Below the pieces are notes generated by a model that saw only the letters and a program-made list of their open reading frames with translations, had not been told where the DNA came from and searched no databases. A stretch of 64,000 nt of DNA from Utricularia gibba. Lineage: Eukaryota; Plantae; Magnoliophyta. The position numbers and the translations under genes are program-made. Location of the stretch: positions 248,001 through 312,000 of the forward strand of contig NEEC01000023.1 of assembly GCA_002189035.1 (NCBI GenBank), read 5' to 3'. Shown in pieces: positions 1-12,793 of the stretch (position 1 is its first letter; the number at the start of each line of letters is the position of its first letter).

Positions 1-436
1 TTTTTGTCGTATACATATATTAAAAGACTTTCTCTAACTTTGCAGCAAAAAGTTGTGTATTTGACTGTTTTTCACCTTGGTTCATTTTTTCATATGTATT
101 TGCGCTGCCTATTCTGCCTGTTATCATATAATTAGTTGCAACCGTGCAGTGATTAGTTGGATTAAGATTTTAAAAATAGAATAAAGAATCAAAGTTTCTT
201 TTGACTAAGTTCTGCACTCTGTTTCTCTGAAACCTGTGGAATAAAGTGAAAAATGCTCTTTTAATAATGGATGTCGCATGGATACTATCTTTGGTTGCCC
301 TTTCAAAATATTTTTTTCAAAAACTTTTGAATGACAACTTACAGTCAATCCAACCTTTTCTTTATACAATATCCCTCGACTTGATTATATGTTGCAACTG
401 ATGCATGCTGATGTTTTTTCATAACGCGTGTCCTAG

Positions 437-2102
437 ATCCACTCATGCTTGAATGCGTAGAGAAGACCCTTTACTCTGGTCATGCTTCCTTCAATCTGTC
501 AATTCCGGTGAGTATGCTGCTATATTTTTCGTTATGGTTAACTACAACTTTTCCATTCATCCAAAAATAATGATGATATAAAAGAAGAAGGAAACAAAAG
601 ATATTGTAGACATGTAAGTCCACTTCATTAATGGCCCTTGAGATCTTTCTGTAGTTCTGTAGCGTGATCAATATTGCACGGAGGTAAAAACGGTAAAAAA
701 AAACGCATAGGTTTAAATGACGCATCTAACTGTTTTTATTGTTTAGGTTCTAGTAAATTTATTTGCGACTGGCGACCTTAAACTTCTGTCGTATGCACTC
801 ATTAAATGCTATTATATTTGTAGTTTTCCAAAAAAAAAAAAAATAAAGAGGAAAAAAATTGCTTTGCTGGGTTTTCCTAGCATTCTAGTTGTTTCCTGTG
901 GAACATATGGGTTGAAACTTCAGCAGAGTGGATATATGAACATCAGATTTTCTGGAATTGTTGTATCTGTAGGCATAAATATATAATAATTGTCGTGTCA
1001 GTATAATCTGTTTTCGGTGTTCAGTTGGTGGGCTCTGATTATGGTTTTAACTATGTGGAAAATGGAAGATCTGCATTTTATGATTTCTGGTTTTATATTG
1101 ATGGTCTTATATTGTATGATTTTCGGGTATGCCTCTTTATTTCCATGAAGGCTGGTTTTCTTGATCTCTGGGAGCCGGCTACCCTGTCTATTAAAAGGAG
1201 TGGCTACAGCATCAAGTCCAGTGGAACAAATGGCGGTGTTGTGTCCAAGAAGTTCTCATCATCCATGATTGTACGCCTTCCCTTTCTCATTTCACCTTTT
1301 CAAATTCAACTACTGCAGAACACAATGAAAATGTTAGGGTCAGATAAATGCCAAAAAAAAAAAAAAAATCCTGTATCTGCTGTAGGTCTCCATTTCAATA
1401 TACTTTCTGTACTTCGTAGGTATCCATTCTGCCTGAAAGCCCGACTGACTTCTCCATAATTGATCCTACCGGAGCGGAGGAAATCCTGCGGGCAGAAAAA
1501 TCAACTGACATAAGTTGGTGAGTCAAATACAACGGATCTCTCCATTTTAGCTGCCCTTCATGATTTTTTTTTATTTACATGATTATATGCAACTATCAAG
1601 TATTTTAATCTGTCTATCGCAATCCTCTTAAGCTCATGCTTCGTTATCAGTATTAGTTCCTACAAATAAAAAGTATGCCTGAACCAAATGAATAAGAATC
1701 ATGGATTTTTCTCTAGTTGTGGTGTACCTTGCGGAGCTTTTGAGTTTCTACTTCTACTATGTATACTGCTGCTGCCCTCGTTGCGAATATATACAAGCGT
1801 CTGCTTCGTACATGTTATCACAGCTATGATGTTGTTAGGACCCATGGTTCGGGTCTATTGACAAATCTGAATGTCATTTCTGCAGTTCAAGAGATACGAT
1901 TGTTCTCACCTTGAGGCTGTTCATCTTGAAGGTAAGCTCTTGCTCCAGCTCCATGCCGGATTTCTCTTGCTCTGTCGAATTCCGATGACGCCGTTTTTCG
2001 TCGAATCTTTTATGGCCTTTATGTAACTTGTGAAGTGTTGAAATTCAGGCCACTGAGAGGAAGAAGAAGAGCAAGAGGAGGAGTCTGTTCTTCAACTTTT
2101 AA
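437..2102 (+). CDS. AIR9: 3' end of AIR9-like microtubule-associated protein (5' part lies upstream of or was not traced in the window)
   Basis: GT-AG exons 437-507, 1151-1270, 1420-1517, 1886-1931 and 2049-2102 splice in frame to DPLMLECVEKTLYSGHASFNLSIPAGFLDLWEPATLSIKRSGYSIK...DISCSRDTIVLTLRLFILKATERKKKSKRRSLFFNF*. This matches my recollection of the AIR9 C-terminus. Confidence 0.75.
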
Positions 2103-2828
2103 ACAAAAGGTTAAATGCACACACATTGTATACACTTAACTCCCCCACCCTTCCCCCATATAGGCTGGCTTTCAAGCCACCTTGTTTCCTTCGTGTTCGT
2201 GGTATGCTGTTGGCTAATAATTTTCATATGCTTGTATGCGTTATAGGATTACCATCCACAATCATATGAAAATACGGATATCGAAACAAATGCCCGATTA
2301 ATATATTTGGTTATGTATATAGTCAGGGGTTTGGTTATGATATTTCGTATTTATAAACGAAGGAAAAGATGGATTTAAATAGAGTGATTTTTTTAATTTT
2401 ATATAAGAATTTTTTTAAAAAAAATGAAGAATGTAATATTATTAGAATTAAATATTTGAAACGAATAATGATGAATTGTAATAGATTATATATGTTAAAT
2501 TAAATTAGTTGAATTTTAGTTTAATATTATTGTCTATTTTAAAATCATGAATGGAATTCAATATTAAATTCAATTTTATTTTATGATTTTTTTAAAAAAA
2601 TTTGGAACTAATAATTTTTATTATAAATTATTTTTTTAAAAAAAATTTAGAAATATTAAATTGTAAATATTTATAATAAGTTTAAGGAATTCAATTTATT
2701 ATAAAAATACTCAACCCAAAATCAAGAATAATTGGTGTGATGCATTCTGCCTGGAAGGTACGTACGGTCGGAGGGCGAGGGGTGTTCGTGTTGAGCTGCA
2801 GCAGCTTCCAGGCGACTCCCGTTTGGGG

Positions 2829-4855
2829 ATGGAAAATGGCGGCGACCCCGAGAACACGGGGTTCGTAATTTCTGTGCCGTCTTACGAAGAGGTTGTCGAT
2901 AACGAGGGGAACAAATCGCTGCCGCAATCTTTCTTCAATCCTTCAACCTCCTTCTCCCAGGCCTTCAATTTCATAAAGAAATCAGAGTTCTACGAGGTTC
3001 CACCGCCTCCTCCTCCTGCTCCTCCCAGGTCCGCCTCCCCATTGATTCCTCCAGTTTCGTCCTGTACTCGGAGAATGATGTATTATCGAAAGCTTTTTCT
3101 TTATGCTACAGGAATCCTGTTCAAACCGATGATGCTCCTTCTCCTTCAGTTTCAGCACCTCCTCGTGGGAGTCGGAATTCCATTGTTGTTAGCCATAGAC
3201 AGGTGAGTTGCCGCATTTGTTGCGAGTGTATGGGTGATTTAGTTTTCTTTTCACAATATAATGCAGAAATGTCTAATCTTTGTAACAGCGGACCATTGTT
3301 CGGCCTTCTCCAATTTGCTAGTATAGTTGATGTTCACATTCGTTTATAGATTGCTCAAAGAAATCGATGGAAAGGTGATGCATTTTTTTGTTCTTTGTAT
3401 TGTAAATGCAGAAGGGGAACCCTCTACTGAAACATATACGGAATGTGCGATGGGATTTTGGTGACATTGTCGGTGACTACTTGCTGGGTCAAAATGCCTG
3501 CGCTCTTTATTTGAGGTAGAATCGTTCATCAACATATTGAATAACCTTATTGTAATCTGTGCCACCAATCGCACGTCAGCACCCTTTATGATGTGAATGA
3601 AAGTTAATGATTTCTATTTATTCCTCCAGTATTAGGTACCATCTTTTGCATCCAGATTATCTCTATTTTCGAATAAAGGAACTTCCGAAGAACTTGAAGC
3701 TTCGTGTTGTGCTGTGTCACGTTGATGTTGTAAGTTCTTTTATGGCTATCAGCTAACCCTTGTTTGTGATTTAATATTTCTTTTGGAATGTATCAGGAAG
3801 ACGTGGTTAAACCCTTACTTGAAATTACAAAGACAGCTTTACTTCATGACTGCACTCTTTTATGCGGTTGGAGGTACATTTTCTTGTCTGACCAATTGGG
3901 TCTACGCGTTTTCTGGGCGTGATAATAGTCCAAAAACTATTTGGTGGCCAATCCACAACAATGATGGTATTTTTCTGTCATTCATTTGGTTAAATTTTTT
4001 TTTACCTTCTTTTATCCATTTTCATATAGCCTAGAAGAATGTGCTCGCTACTTGGAAACAGTTAAAGTTTATGAAAATAAGCCTGCTGACCTTATTCAGG
4101 GGCAAACAGATATGGACTACCTCTCTCGGGTATATGAATGACAATTTCTTATCTGGCAAAGTTAAATTAAAGAAATAGTTGGTTGGAAGCATCTGAACAA
4201 CATGTGTTTGTTCTATAACAGCTAAATCATGCCCTCACTTCAGTGCGACATGTCAACAAGACAGATGTTGTCACTTTGGGGTCTACTTTTGGGGTATGCT
4301 GTTGCTGATCTGCATGTGCGTAGCTTTTGGCCTTCAATCATTTTATAAATCTAAACTTTGTGAACCCCAGTCTCTTGCCCATATCATGGATGCATCTATG
4401 GATGATTTGGCTCGTTGCCCTGGTATCGGAGAAAGAAAGGTACTCTTCAGCATGTAACTGCCCGTTCTAATCAGATTCTACTTACCTTCACCTTCTACCA
4501 TTTAGTAGCTGTTTGAATCCCCATTTTTTTTTACCTTTTACTTATCTTCTGCATAGGAACCTTATCAGCAATATTCACTATGTGCTGAATATTAACACAT
4601 ACTCTTTGCCTTGGTCATCTCTTGTATTTTCAGGTGAAACGACTGTATGACACCTTCCACGAACCGTTCAAACGAGCAGTCGCAAAGAATGCTGCCACCA
4701 CCGGAAAAGCTTTGGACAACCCCCCACGGCCATTGACGCCCAAGTGGAAGACAGCGTTGATGCACACAAGGAGAAGACAAGTGCAAATTAGCATGAGATC
4801 TGCTTTGAACCCAAGACACAAGTCTACAACCAAACAAGGAACAAGTGCAGATTAG
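2829..4855 (+). CDS. ERCC1: DNA excision repair protein ERCC1
   Basis: Spliced exons give [81 protein letters not shown]..HhH region [23 protein letters not shown]. All junctions are in frame. Confidence 0.95.
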
Positions 4856-5332
4856 CAGGGTATGAAGATGAGGCTATAGCAGCTGCCTGATGCTTCAGAC
4901 TGAGACCGATTCGAACGGGTCGTGTCCGATGATCCAAACCCGTGACGGGTTCATGTTTTAGACCGATCCGGTCCGATCACAATATATCACAAACATTAAA
5001 ATTTGGTAGTGTTTTTGGTTTTGACAATCCCACATCGGAGATGGAATCATTTGTTCGGAATTTTAGCCACTATAATAAACAGTAACTTCTAATTTTAAAA
5101 AAATTCACTTCCGTTAATTTGTGAGAATCAATTTTTTGAACATGACTGAAATTTGTGGGGGGTATTTTTGGGAAATATGAAAAATAAATAAATAAACAAA
5201 GCATCCACTCATCTGATTAAAACTGTTTGTCTTTTGCTTGTGGGCTAAAAACAGGAGTTGCTGCTTTTGCTTGTGCCTCTGCACTCGACGCTCAATTTCA
5301 TCAATACTAATCATCTTTCTTGGTTCTTGAAA

Positions 5333-7544
5333 ATGGCTTCTCCATCTCAAGCTAGTCTTCTATTGCAGAAACAGCTCAAGGGTACTTTTCGTAGTATTGT
5401 TTTTTTGGTATTTCGATCTATTTTCCACTGGATTAATGGGTATTTTGTATTCGTTTCTGGAGATTCGTGTTGAATTTGATAGGTGTTGATGATCTGTGTT
5501 TCGTGTATTCAGATCTGTGCAAGAATCCGGTGGATGGATTTTCGGCTGGTTTAGTGGATGAGAGTAACCTGTTTGAATGGAGTGTCACGATAATTGGGCC
5601 CCCAGATACTCTATAGTGAGTTCATGTTTTGAAATTGATTTTCCTACTGGTGGGGGACGCTTCATCCTGTCCTCATCTTTTGGGCTCTTGTGTTTATTGT
5701 TTTCCGATTGTTGTTCTTTTTCCCGTTGGTGCCGTTTTTTTTTTCCTTTGGTTTGATAGTAATTAAGCCTCTATCCTGTTTCTTATCCTAGGGATGATTG
5801 TTTGAGTCATTTGGGGTTCTGTGAAGGGTGTCTTTTGGGTATGACTCGGTTGCATAGCAAGACAGCTTGTGCCTCTCAATTTGGCACACTTTCCTAGAAT
5901 TCCCATGTTATGGACTGAATGTAGGAACTTGGTGTACACTACTTAGTCATTCGCTTTTCACTCGGCTAGATTCATGGGGTTAGAGTCTGTAGTTCTTATG
6001 CTGGAAATGACAAGCTAAGTGCTGATTGGCGGTGAGTATTACCAATTTCCAGGGTTTCGGATCCGAGAAGGCTGTTCCCTATATACATATTTCGGATTTT
6101 GTTTTCCCCGTGTTGTCATATTCTTGTTTAAAGTTTGTTACTTTGCTGGTGAATTTCGTGACAATTCATTCTTTTGATGCAGTGAAGGAGGTTTCTTTAA
6201 TGCTATCATGAGCTTTCCCTCTAATTACCCTAATAGTCCACCAACCGTGAGATTCACATCGGAGATTTGGCATCCTAATGGTTTTTCAGTCGTTTCCCTT
6301 TCATGACCCATCACATTTTTTGCCGCATTCCTTGGTGATTCTGATGATTCTCCTGAAAAATGCAGTTTACGTTGATGGAAAAGTTTGTATTTCAATTCTT
6401 CATCCACCTGGTGATGACCCCAATGGTTATGAGCTTGCAAGTGAGAGATGGTCGCCTGTCCACACTGTATGCTTCTGGGTCTTTGCTTTGACATCTTTAA
6501 CGGTGTATGAATTGTCTATTTTTCTGTTATTTATGACGGTTCTGTATCTTTAGTACTGTCGGGTGATGATGATGGTGGCCTAGTACTGTATTTGGTGTGA
6601 TTTTGCATGGATTTTTAGTTTCTTTTTTATTATATTCTAGATTAGCTGACCTCATCAAGAGGGGACTTGTGACATCGTTGACTAACATAGGGAACAACTA
6701 ACCGAATGAGCAGTCGACTCTTAGGTTTTTTTATTTCTATATGTTCAGTTTGTGGGACAAAAACTTGCGCCACTGTTGGATTCTTTATTTACCCAAGTTG
6801 GCTATCTGTAGTAACTTGTATTTATCTGGTGGGTGATAAGCGCCATGCTAAATGCTGTGACCTATGTCTGTGCTGGATGAACCAAAATGAAACAGTATTA
6901 GTAGTTTTCTGAGAGTCTCATCTGAATGCTGAAGCTCAAACAATAATAAGATTTTTTTTCCCTTATATCTGTTTCCAGTTCCATTGATCTTTTTTGCGCA
7001 TTAGGGAATTTTTCCTTCATTCTTTTTATAACACAAGGGGTTAAAGTTGCGTATACAAACCTATCTAGCTTTGCTCTGTTGCTGACGGCCATTGAATTCA
7101 TTGCACGTTTCCATGTAATCACCTTCAAAGTGAAATACACAAGGAATACTTTCATGACATATGGTAAAATATGAGAGCATTTCTACTTCAAACATGTGCT
7201 AATATTGAGAGTGTTGCTTCTCAGGTGGAAAGCATTGTTCTGAGTATCATATCAATGCTTTCAAGCCCAAATGACGAATCTCCTGCTAATGTTGAGGCTG
7301 CTGTAAGTAATGATACCTTTTGCTTTTATGAAGAGTTTCTCACTTTCTTTATTCCCTATCAAATTCAAGCCGGGGAGGCGTCTCCCATAATCCTGATTGA
7401 TAATGGTCATACAAAGTTGAATTATCACCTTCCCAACTAAAGCTGAACCTCACCTGATGGCTGCAGAAGGACTGGAGAGAACGAAGAGAGGAATTCAAGA
7501 AGAAGGTCAGTCGCTGTGTGAGAAAATCACAGGAGATGCTGTAG
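5333..7544 (+). CDS. UBC7: Ubiquitin-conjugating enzyme E2, UBC7/13/14 (UBE2G1) type
   Basis: Six exons: [128 protein letters not shown]. It has the HPN motif, the catalytic Cys and the acidic loop. Confidence 0.93.
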
Positions 7545-8137
7545 GCTCCATATACTCAGTGCTTGCAGCTGAAGAATGCGGCTTATGAACCCGTCGTCGA
7601 AACGCCATTTTATATAACGCAAAGGTGATGTTCTACCCCTTTGTTGGTGGCTTATGGAACATGCGTATTGTCTGGATAATGTTACATTTTGGGGGCTGTT
7701 GCTTGTAATTGCTGGATGTTGTTTGTTTGTTTTTTTTCTTCTTCACCTGGAAAATGTCACAGATCTCTCAGTTGGCCTCCTAATTCACTGCTTTATGCCT
7801 CTTGGTAGTCTCAGTATACACCATACGCCTTGTGTATGTACTTCACAAAGTCTGGTTCTCTTGTGGGAAGGAACCATCATCCAAATACACAGCCCCCAGT
7901 TTTCTTGTGATTTATTGATTATTAAAAATTTTGTAAATTCCCTTCCTCGTCCTCATAACATACAAAAAAATTTCGAATTATTTAATATAAAAATAAATAA
8001 AAAACACAAGATTTTTATATTTTTATTTATTTTATAGTATAAATTATCCTATTTAATATTAAATTGTTTTCAAAATGGACTCTTTATTCTATTTCAAAAT
8101 GATTGTTTAATTAAATAAGGGAGCTTTCCACCAGATT

Positions 8138-8230
8138 TGGGCCTTGGTCGAAGATAAATAGATGCCGGCCCTGTTAATGGGCCTGATGTTTTGGAGTTGT
8201 GTATATAACGTGATTTTTCATTTAGGGTTT
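8138..8230 (+). promoter_or_regulatory. Ribosomal-protein-type promoter: site II motifs, TATA box and telo-box
   Basis: TGGGCC at 8138 and 8178, TATATAA at 8202 and TAGGGTTT (telo-box) at 8223, directly upstream of RPS18. This combination is established for plant ribosomal protein genes. Confidence 0.7.
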
Positions 8231-8311
8231 CAGACGCTGCTTCTCTTGCTTTTGCCTGGGAATCTGCTTGAAGTTTGTGGCGGCGGCGGATTCGAAGTCT
8301 TGGTGCTAGCC

Positions 8312-9217
<906 letters not shown>

Positions 9218-9522
9218 GCAACCCACCAGTCACCCATCTCCTTTCTTTTCCCTTTCATGAGTTCATGACAATTCTTAATGTCTACCTTCAGTTCATCGGT
9301 TTTGTTTGAATGGTTTCTTCCGTATCCTCCCTTTTGCTTGTATGAACGGTGGTTTGAGATGAAACGGCCATTTCTGAAAGTAATCATTTCCGCCGCGCGA
9401 AGAGAAACCTGAGCCGCCCGGCGCGTTCCATCACGGCGGTTCAAAATAACTGAATAAAATATCTGGTGGGAGTTTACCCGCCGCCCAAATCTTCGCTCAA
9501 GAAAAGAAAAAATCTCTCTGAA

Positions 9523-12290
9523 ATGGCTATGGCTTCATTCGCAAGACCCACGCTATGTCCCCTGGCTCCTCTAAAGAAGACGAAGACGATACCTTCTTCT
9601 GTTCTCAGATTCAATACTTCAATCATTTGCTCGTCGACCGACACTGCTGATTCTGGAGAGCGCGATGGAGCAGACCCAGTTAAGCCTTCATTCGCCAGAG
9701 CCAACGCCTACAAGAAGGGCTCAGTACTCAATTCGTCCACTTCTGCTGTTCAGACAACAACTCCAGAATCATCATCAAGTCGCGATGAATTCCGGGATGA
9801 TGAATTGAAGATATTTGAAAGCTCTACTGGGAAGGAACCTCGAGTTGCAGCGAATACTTCTCCCGCGGATCAGAAGAAGGATGAGTTTGAATCTGATGGC
9901 GAGCCACCTTCTTCGGTTAAAATTGCTTTACAGAAAGCAAGAGAGTATAAGAAGAATAGAGGGATTGCGGGAGATGGAGCTCCAGTTTCGGGTACTGTTA
10001 GTGTGACATTGATTTAACAGGCTTCATGACTGATGCGTATTCTGTGGGTGGTATTGATGATCAATAGGTATAAGGATGGGCTTTTGACTTAGTAGAAAGT
10101 TTAAGTAGTAGATTACAGGATAAGTAGAAGATGGGTGTTGGGAACTGCTTGCTGCAGAAACAGGGGATTTACGGACAATATATGGTAACAAAACAGAAGA
10201 CTTTGAAAGATCCGAAAATTCTACTAAGATGTAGTTTTCTGATTTCAGATACTTGAGCGGTTTATCCAGTAGCACCTTTAAGTTCAGAGTGAAGTGCTTA
10301 CATTAAAACCAAAGGGTAACAATACTGAAATCGTTCCATGCGTTTGGACAGGAACTATGCCTAAGGTAAAGAAAACTCAGGAAGATGAGCAATCAAAGAA
10401 AACTGGAGGCAAGCAAGAACTATCAGTTTCAAGTTTGGATTTCCTGGGGCTCAACTTCTCTGATAAGAAGGCTTCCAGAGTATTGCCTGCTGGCTTGGTT
10501 CCACTTTCAGACAATTTTTCTGATGGGGAGTTGCCGGATGTGGAGATAATCGTTGGAGATATCAATAAATTTGGTGATGTCTCTCGATCGCCAGAGCAAT
10601 CGCCAGTCGAAGTGAATGACTCGGTTCTCTATAAGCCCAAGGTTTCTACTTGGGGAGTTTTTCCGAGGCCAAGTAACATTTCCAAGACAGTAAGTTCTGG
10701 ATTTTTCTTTCATTGGATTCAAATAGCATTGTCTGATATTTCATTTTCAAATAACATTTCTGAGTTTTTCATATGCGCTTCCTTTGTAGAGATGAATCGC
10801 TGATGCATGTGAGTGGAATTATCGTTCAAAGGTTATCTGACTTGTCATTTTATCTGTCGTCTCGTTTCACTTTTGTACAGTATGGAGGTGGGAAAAATAT
10901 AAGGCCTGGGGAGACCCTTGAAACAAAGGAAGCTAGGGATGCTAAGGATGCTCGCACAAGGCAGCTACTAGCTGATTATGGCAACAAAATTGGTGTGAAT
11001 GTTGATAAAAAGCTGAAATCTGAATGTGAAGAGGTACACTCGAATAAACTTGTCGTTTTCCTAATATTGAGAAGGTAATTTTTTTTTTCTGGTGCTGTTA
11101 TACGAAACCAGGATATTAAGTATGATTTTATGTTGGCTCCCCAATATCATCTAACAGCAACTGTGCGAGAGTAAATTTGAACAGTATATTTTGGTGCGCA
11201 TTCGTTTCCATGTTATTTTAAGTATCTTAGTCGTTACAGCCATAAGACTGAGGCTCCGAGGGAGTGAAGGGTGTACTCTTCTTTATGAGATGGCTATAGG
11301 ATCTGTGATATTTCAGTTGGTGTGTGTGTGTGTTAGTTTTCTTCTGCGTGAGTATCTCCATGATAATTAAGATCTTTCGTGGTGACGCTGGTGTCATAAT
11401 CAGGCCTTTAAACGAGGCGAGTCTCTGATGGATCTTGGAAAACTGAAGGAGGCATTAATCTTCTATGAAGAAGTCATGCAGAAGATGCCATTCAAGGTAC
11501 ATGCTATATCTTCATCAATCATATGTGATCTCCATGAACAATTTCAGGGTGTGGAATATTGTATTTTCACTAGGGAAAATCTATAAACACAATGCAAGGA
11601 GAGACTCACTGAAACGATCGTTCCTACTTGCAGACTGAGCTTCATGGATTAGCAGCTCTTCAGTGGTCAATATGTCAGGATTCACTCAGCAGGTACGCTG
11701 TTTGACATTACAATCTTCCAGTTCCACCAGTCTACCCGCTTGCAATGGTTGACTAGAACGTGGCCTAGAAAGGAAGCAGAGAAATGTTAATCGGCTAAGA
11801 AAAATGATAGCTGATACATGCTTTCTTGTCAGATAAGAAACAAAGACAAAATAGTAATGTATTTGATACTTGATAGCTCCATCTGATTTCTGGACAATTC
11901 ACTAGGCCGGATGAAGCACGAACCATGTATGACAAACTTCAGTCCCATCCTAGCTTCAAAGTGAGCAAGAGGGCAAGGCAATTCTTCTTTGGCTTCAAGG
12001 TAAATCATGCATTTGTATTCATGCATGCAAGTGGGATGAATTCCTCCTGACAAGCAGCATCATTGTGCACACAGGCCATGGATATTATGAAGGTGGGCAA
12101 TTCAGGATCCCCTAATATTGGCTATGAAAACTACTTTGATGCATTTGTTAAGGATAAGGCAAGTTATATGGAAACAAAGGAGACGGAAGTGAGCTCAGCT
12201 CCAGCCATCCCTTACATACTCTTTTTGCTCTCTCCTATTCTTTTGCTATTGCTAATGGCCAGTGCATCTAAGATGCACTTGTTTATGTAA
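9523..12290 (+). CDS. Uncharacterised plastid-targeted protein with TPR-like helical region and C-terminal TM helix
   Basis: Ser/Thr-rich transit-like N-terminus (MAMASFARPTLC..), then in-frame exons containing YKPKVSTWGVFPRPSNISKTYGGGKNIRPGE, TELHGLAALQWSICQDSLSRPDEARTMYDKLQSHP and a hydrophobic tail (AIPYILFLLSPILLLLLMA). Confidence 0.8.
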
Positions 12291-12793
12291 CAAGGATGGA
12301 TTTGCAAATCATATCATTCTGTACAGAATCTGTCTTAACTGTGAATTCATAAGTTTCGTTTATCCATTCAAAATGTGGAGAATTTTCAAGACACGATGCC
12401 TAGAAACCTCAATGGCCTGTAAGATTATCTATAGAATATGAGATGCACAATCAATACATATCCCATGCCATGTGCCTGATGCGCATGGATATGGGGATGA
12501 CCAAAGAGTAAAGGGAAAAAAACCACAAGGCTATGTCATGTAGTTATTATAATCATCATCATCAAACAGTAACAGGAAGACCAACCATCAACAATGAGTT
12601 AGCTCAGTGTATCAATTCCTCGTATTGCTGAGATGAACCAAAGAAGCACAAAACTAGGCTGTCTCCACTACCCACTTGCAAACTTCGTCTAACAGCATGC
12701 CAAAATCACTGTGTATTCTTCTTGTTTCTCTCCTGGTTGCATAGCATTGCAACTCAATGAGAACTATTTCAATGCCCTGAGATCAAACAAAAC

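Noticed and set aside
4895-4985. Short GC-rich stretch with ccgat/cccgtgacggg motifs, possibly a MITE remnant
   Set aside because: No terminal inverted repeats or TSD could be defined, and there is no second copy in the window.
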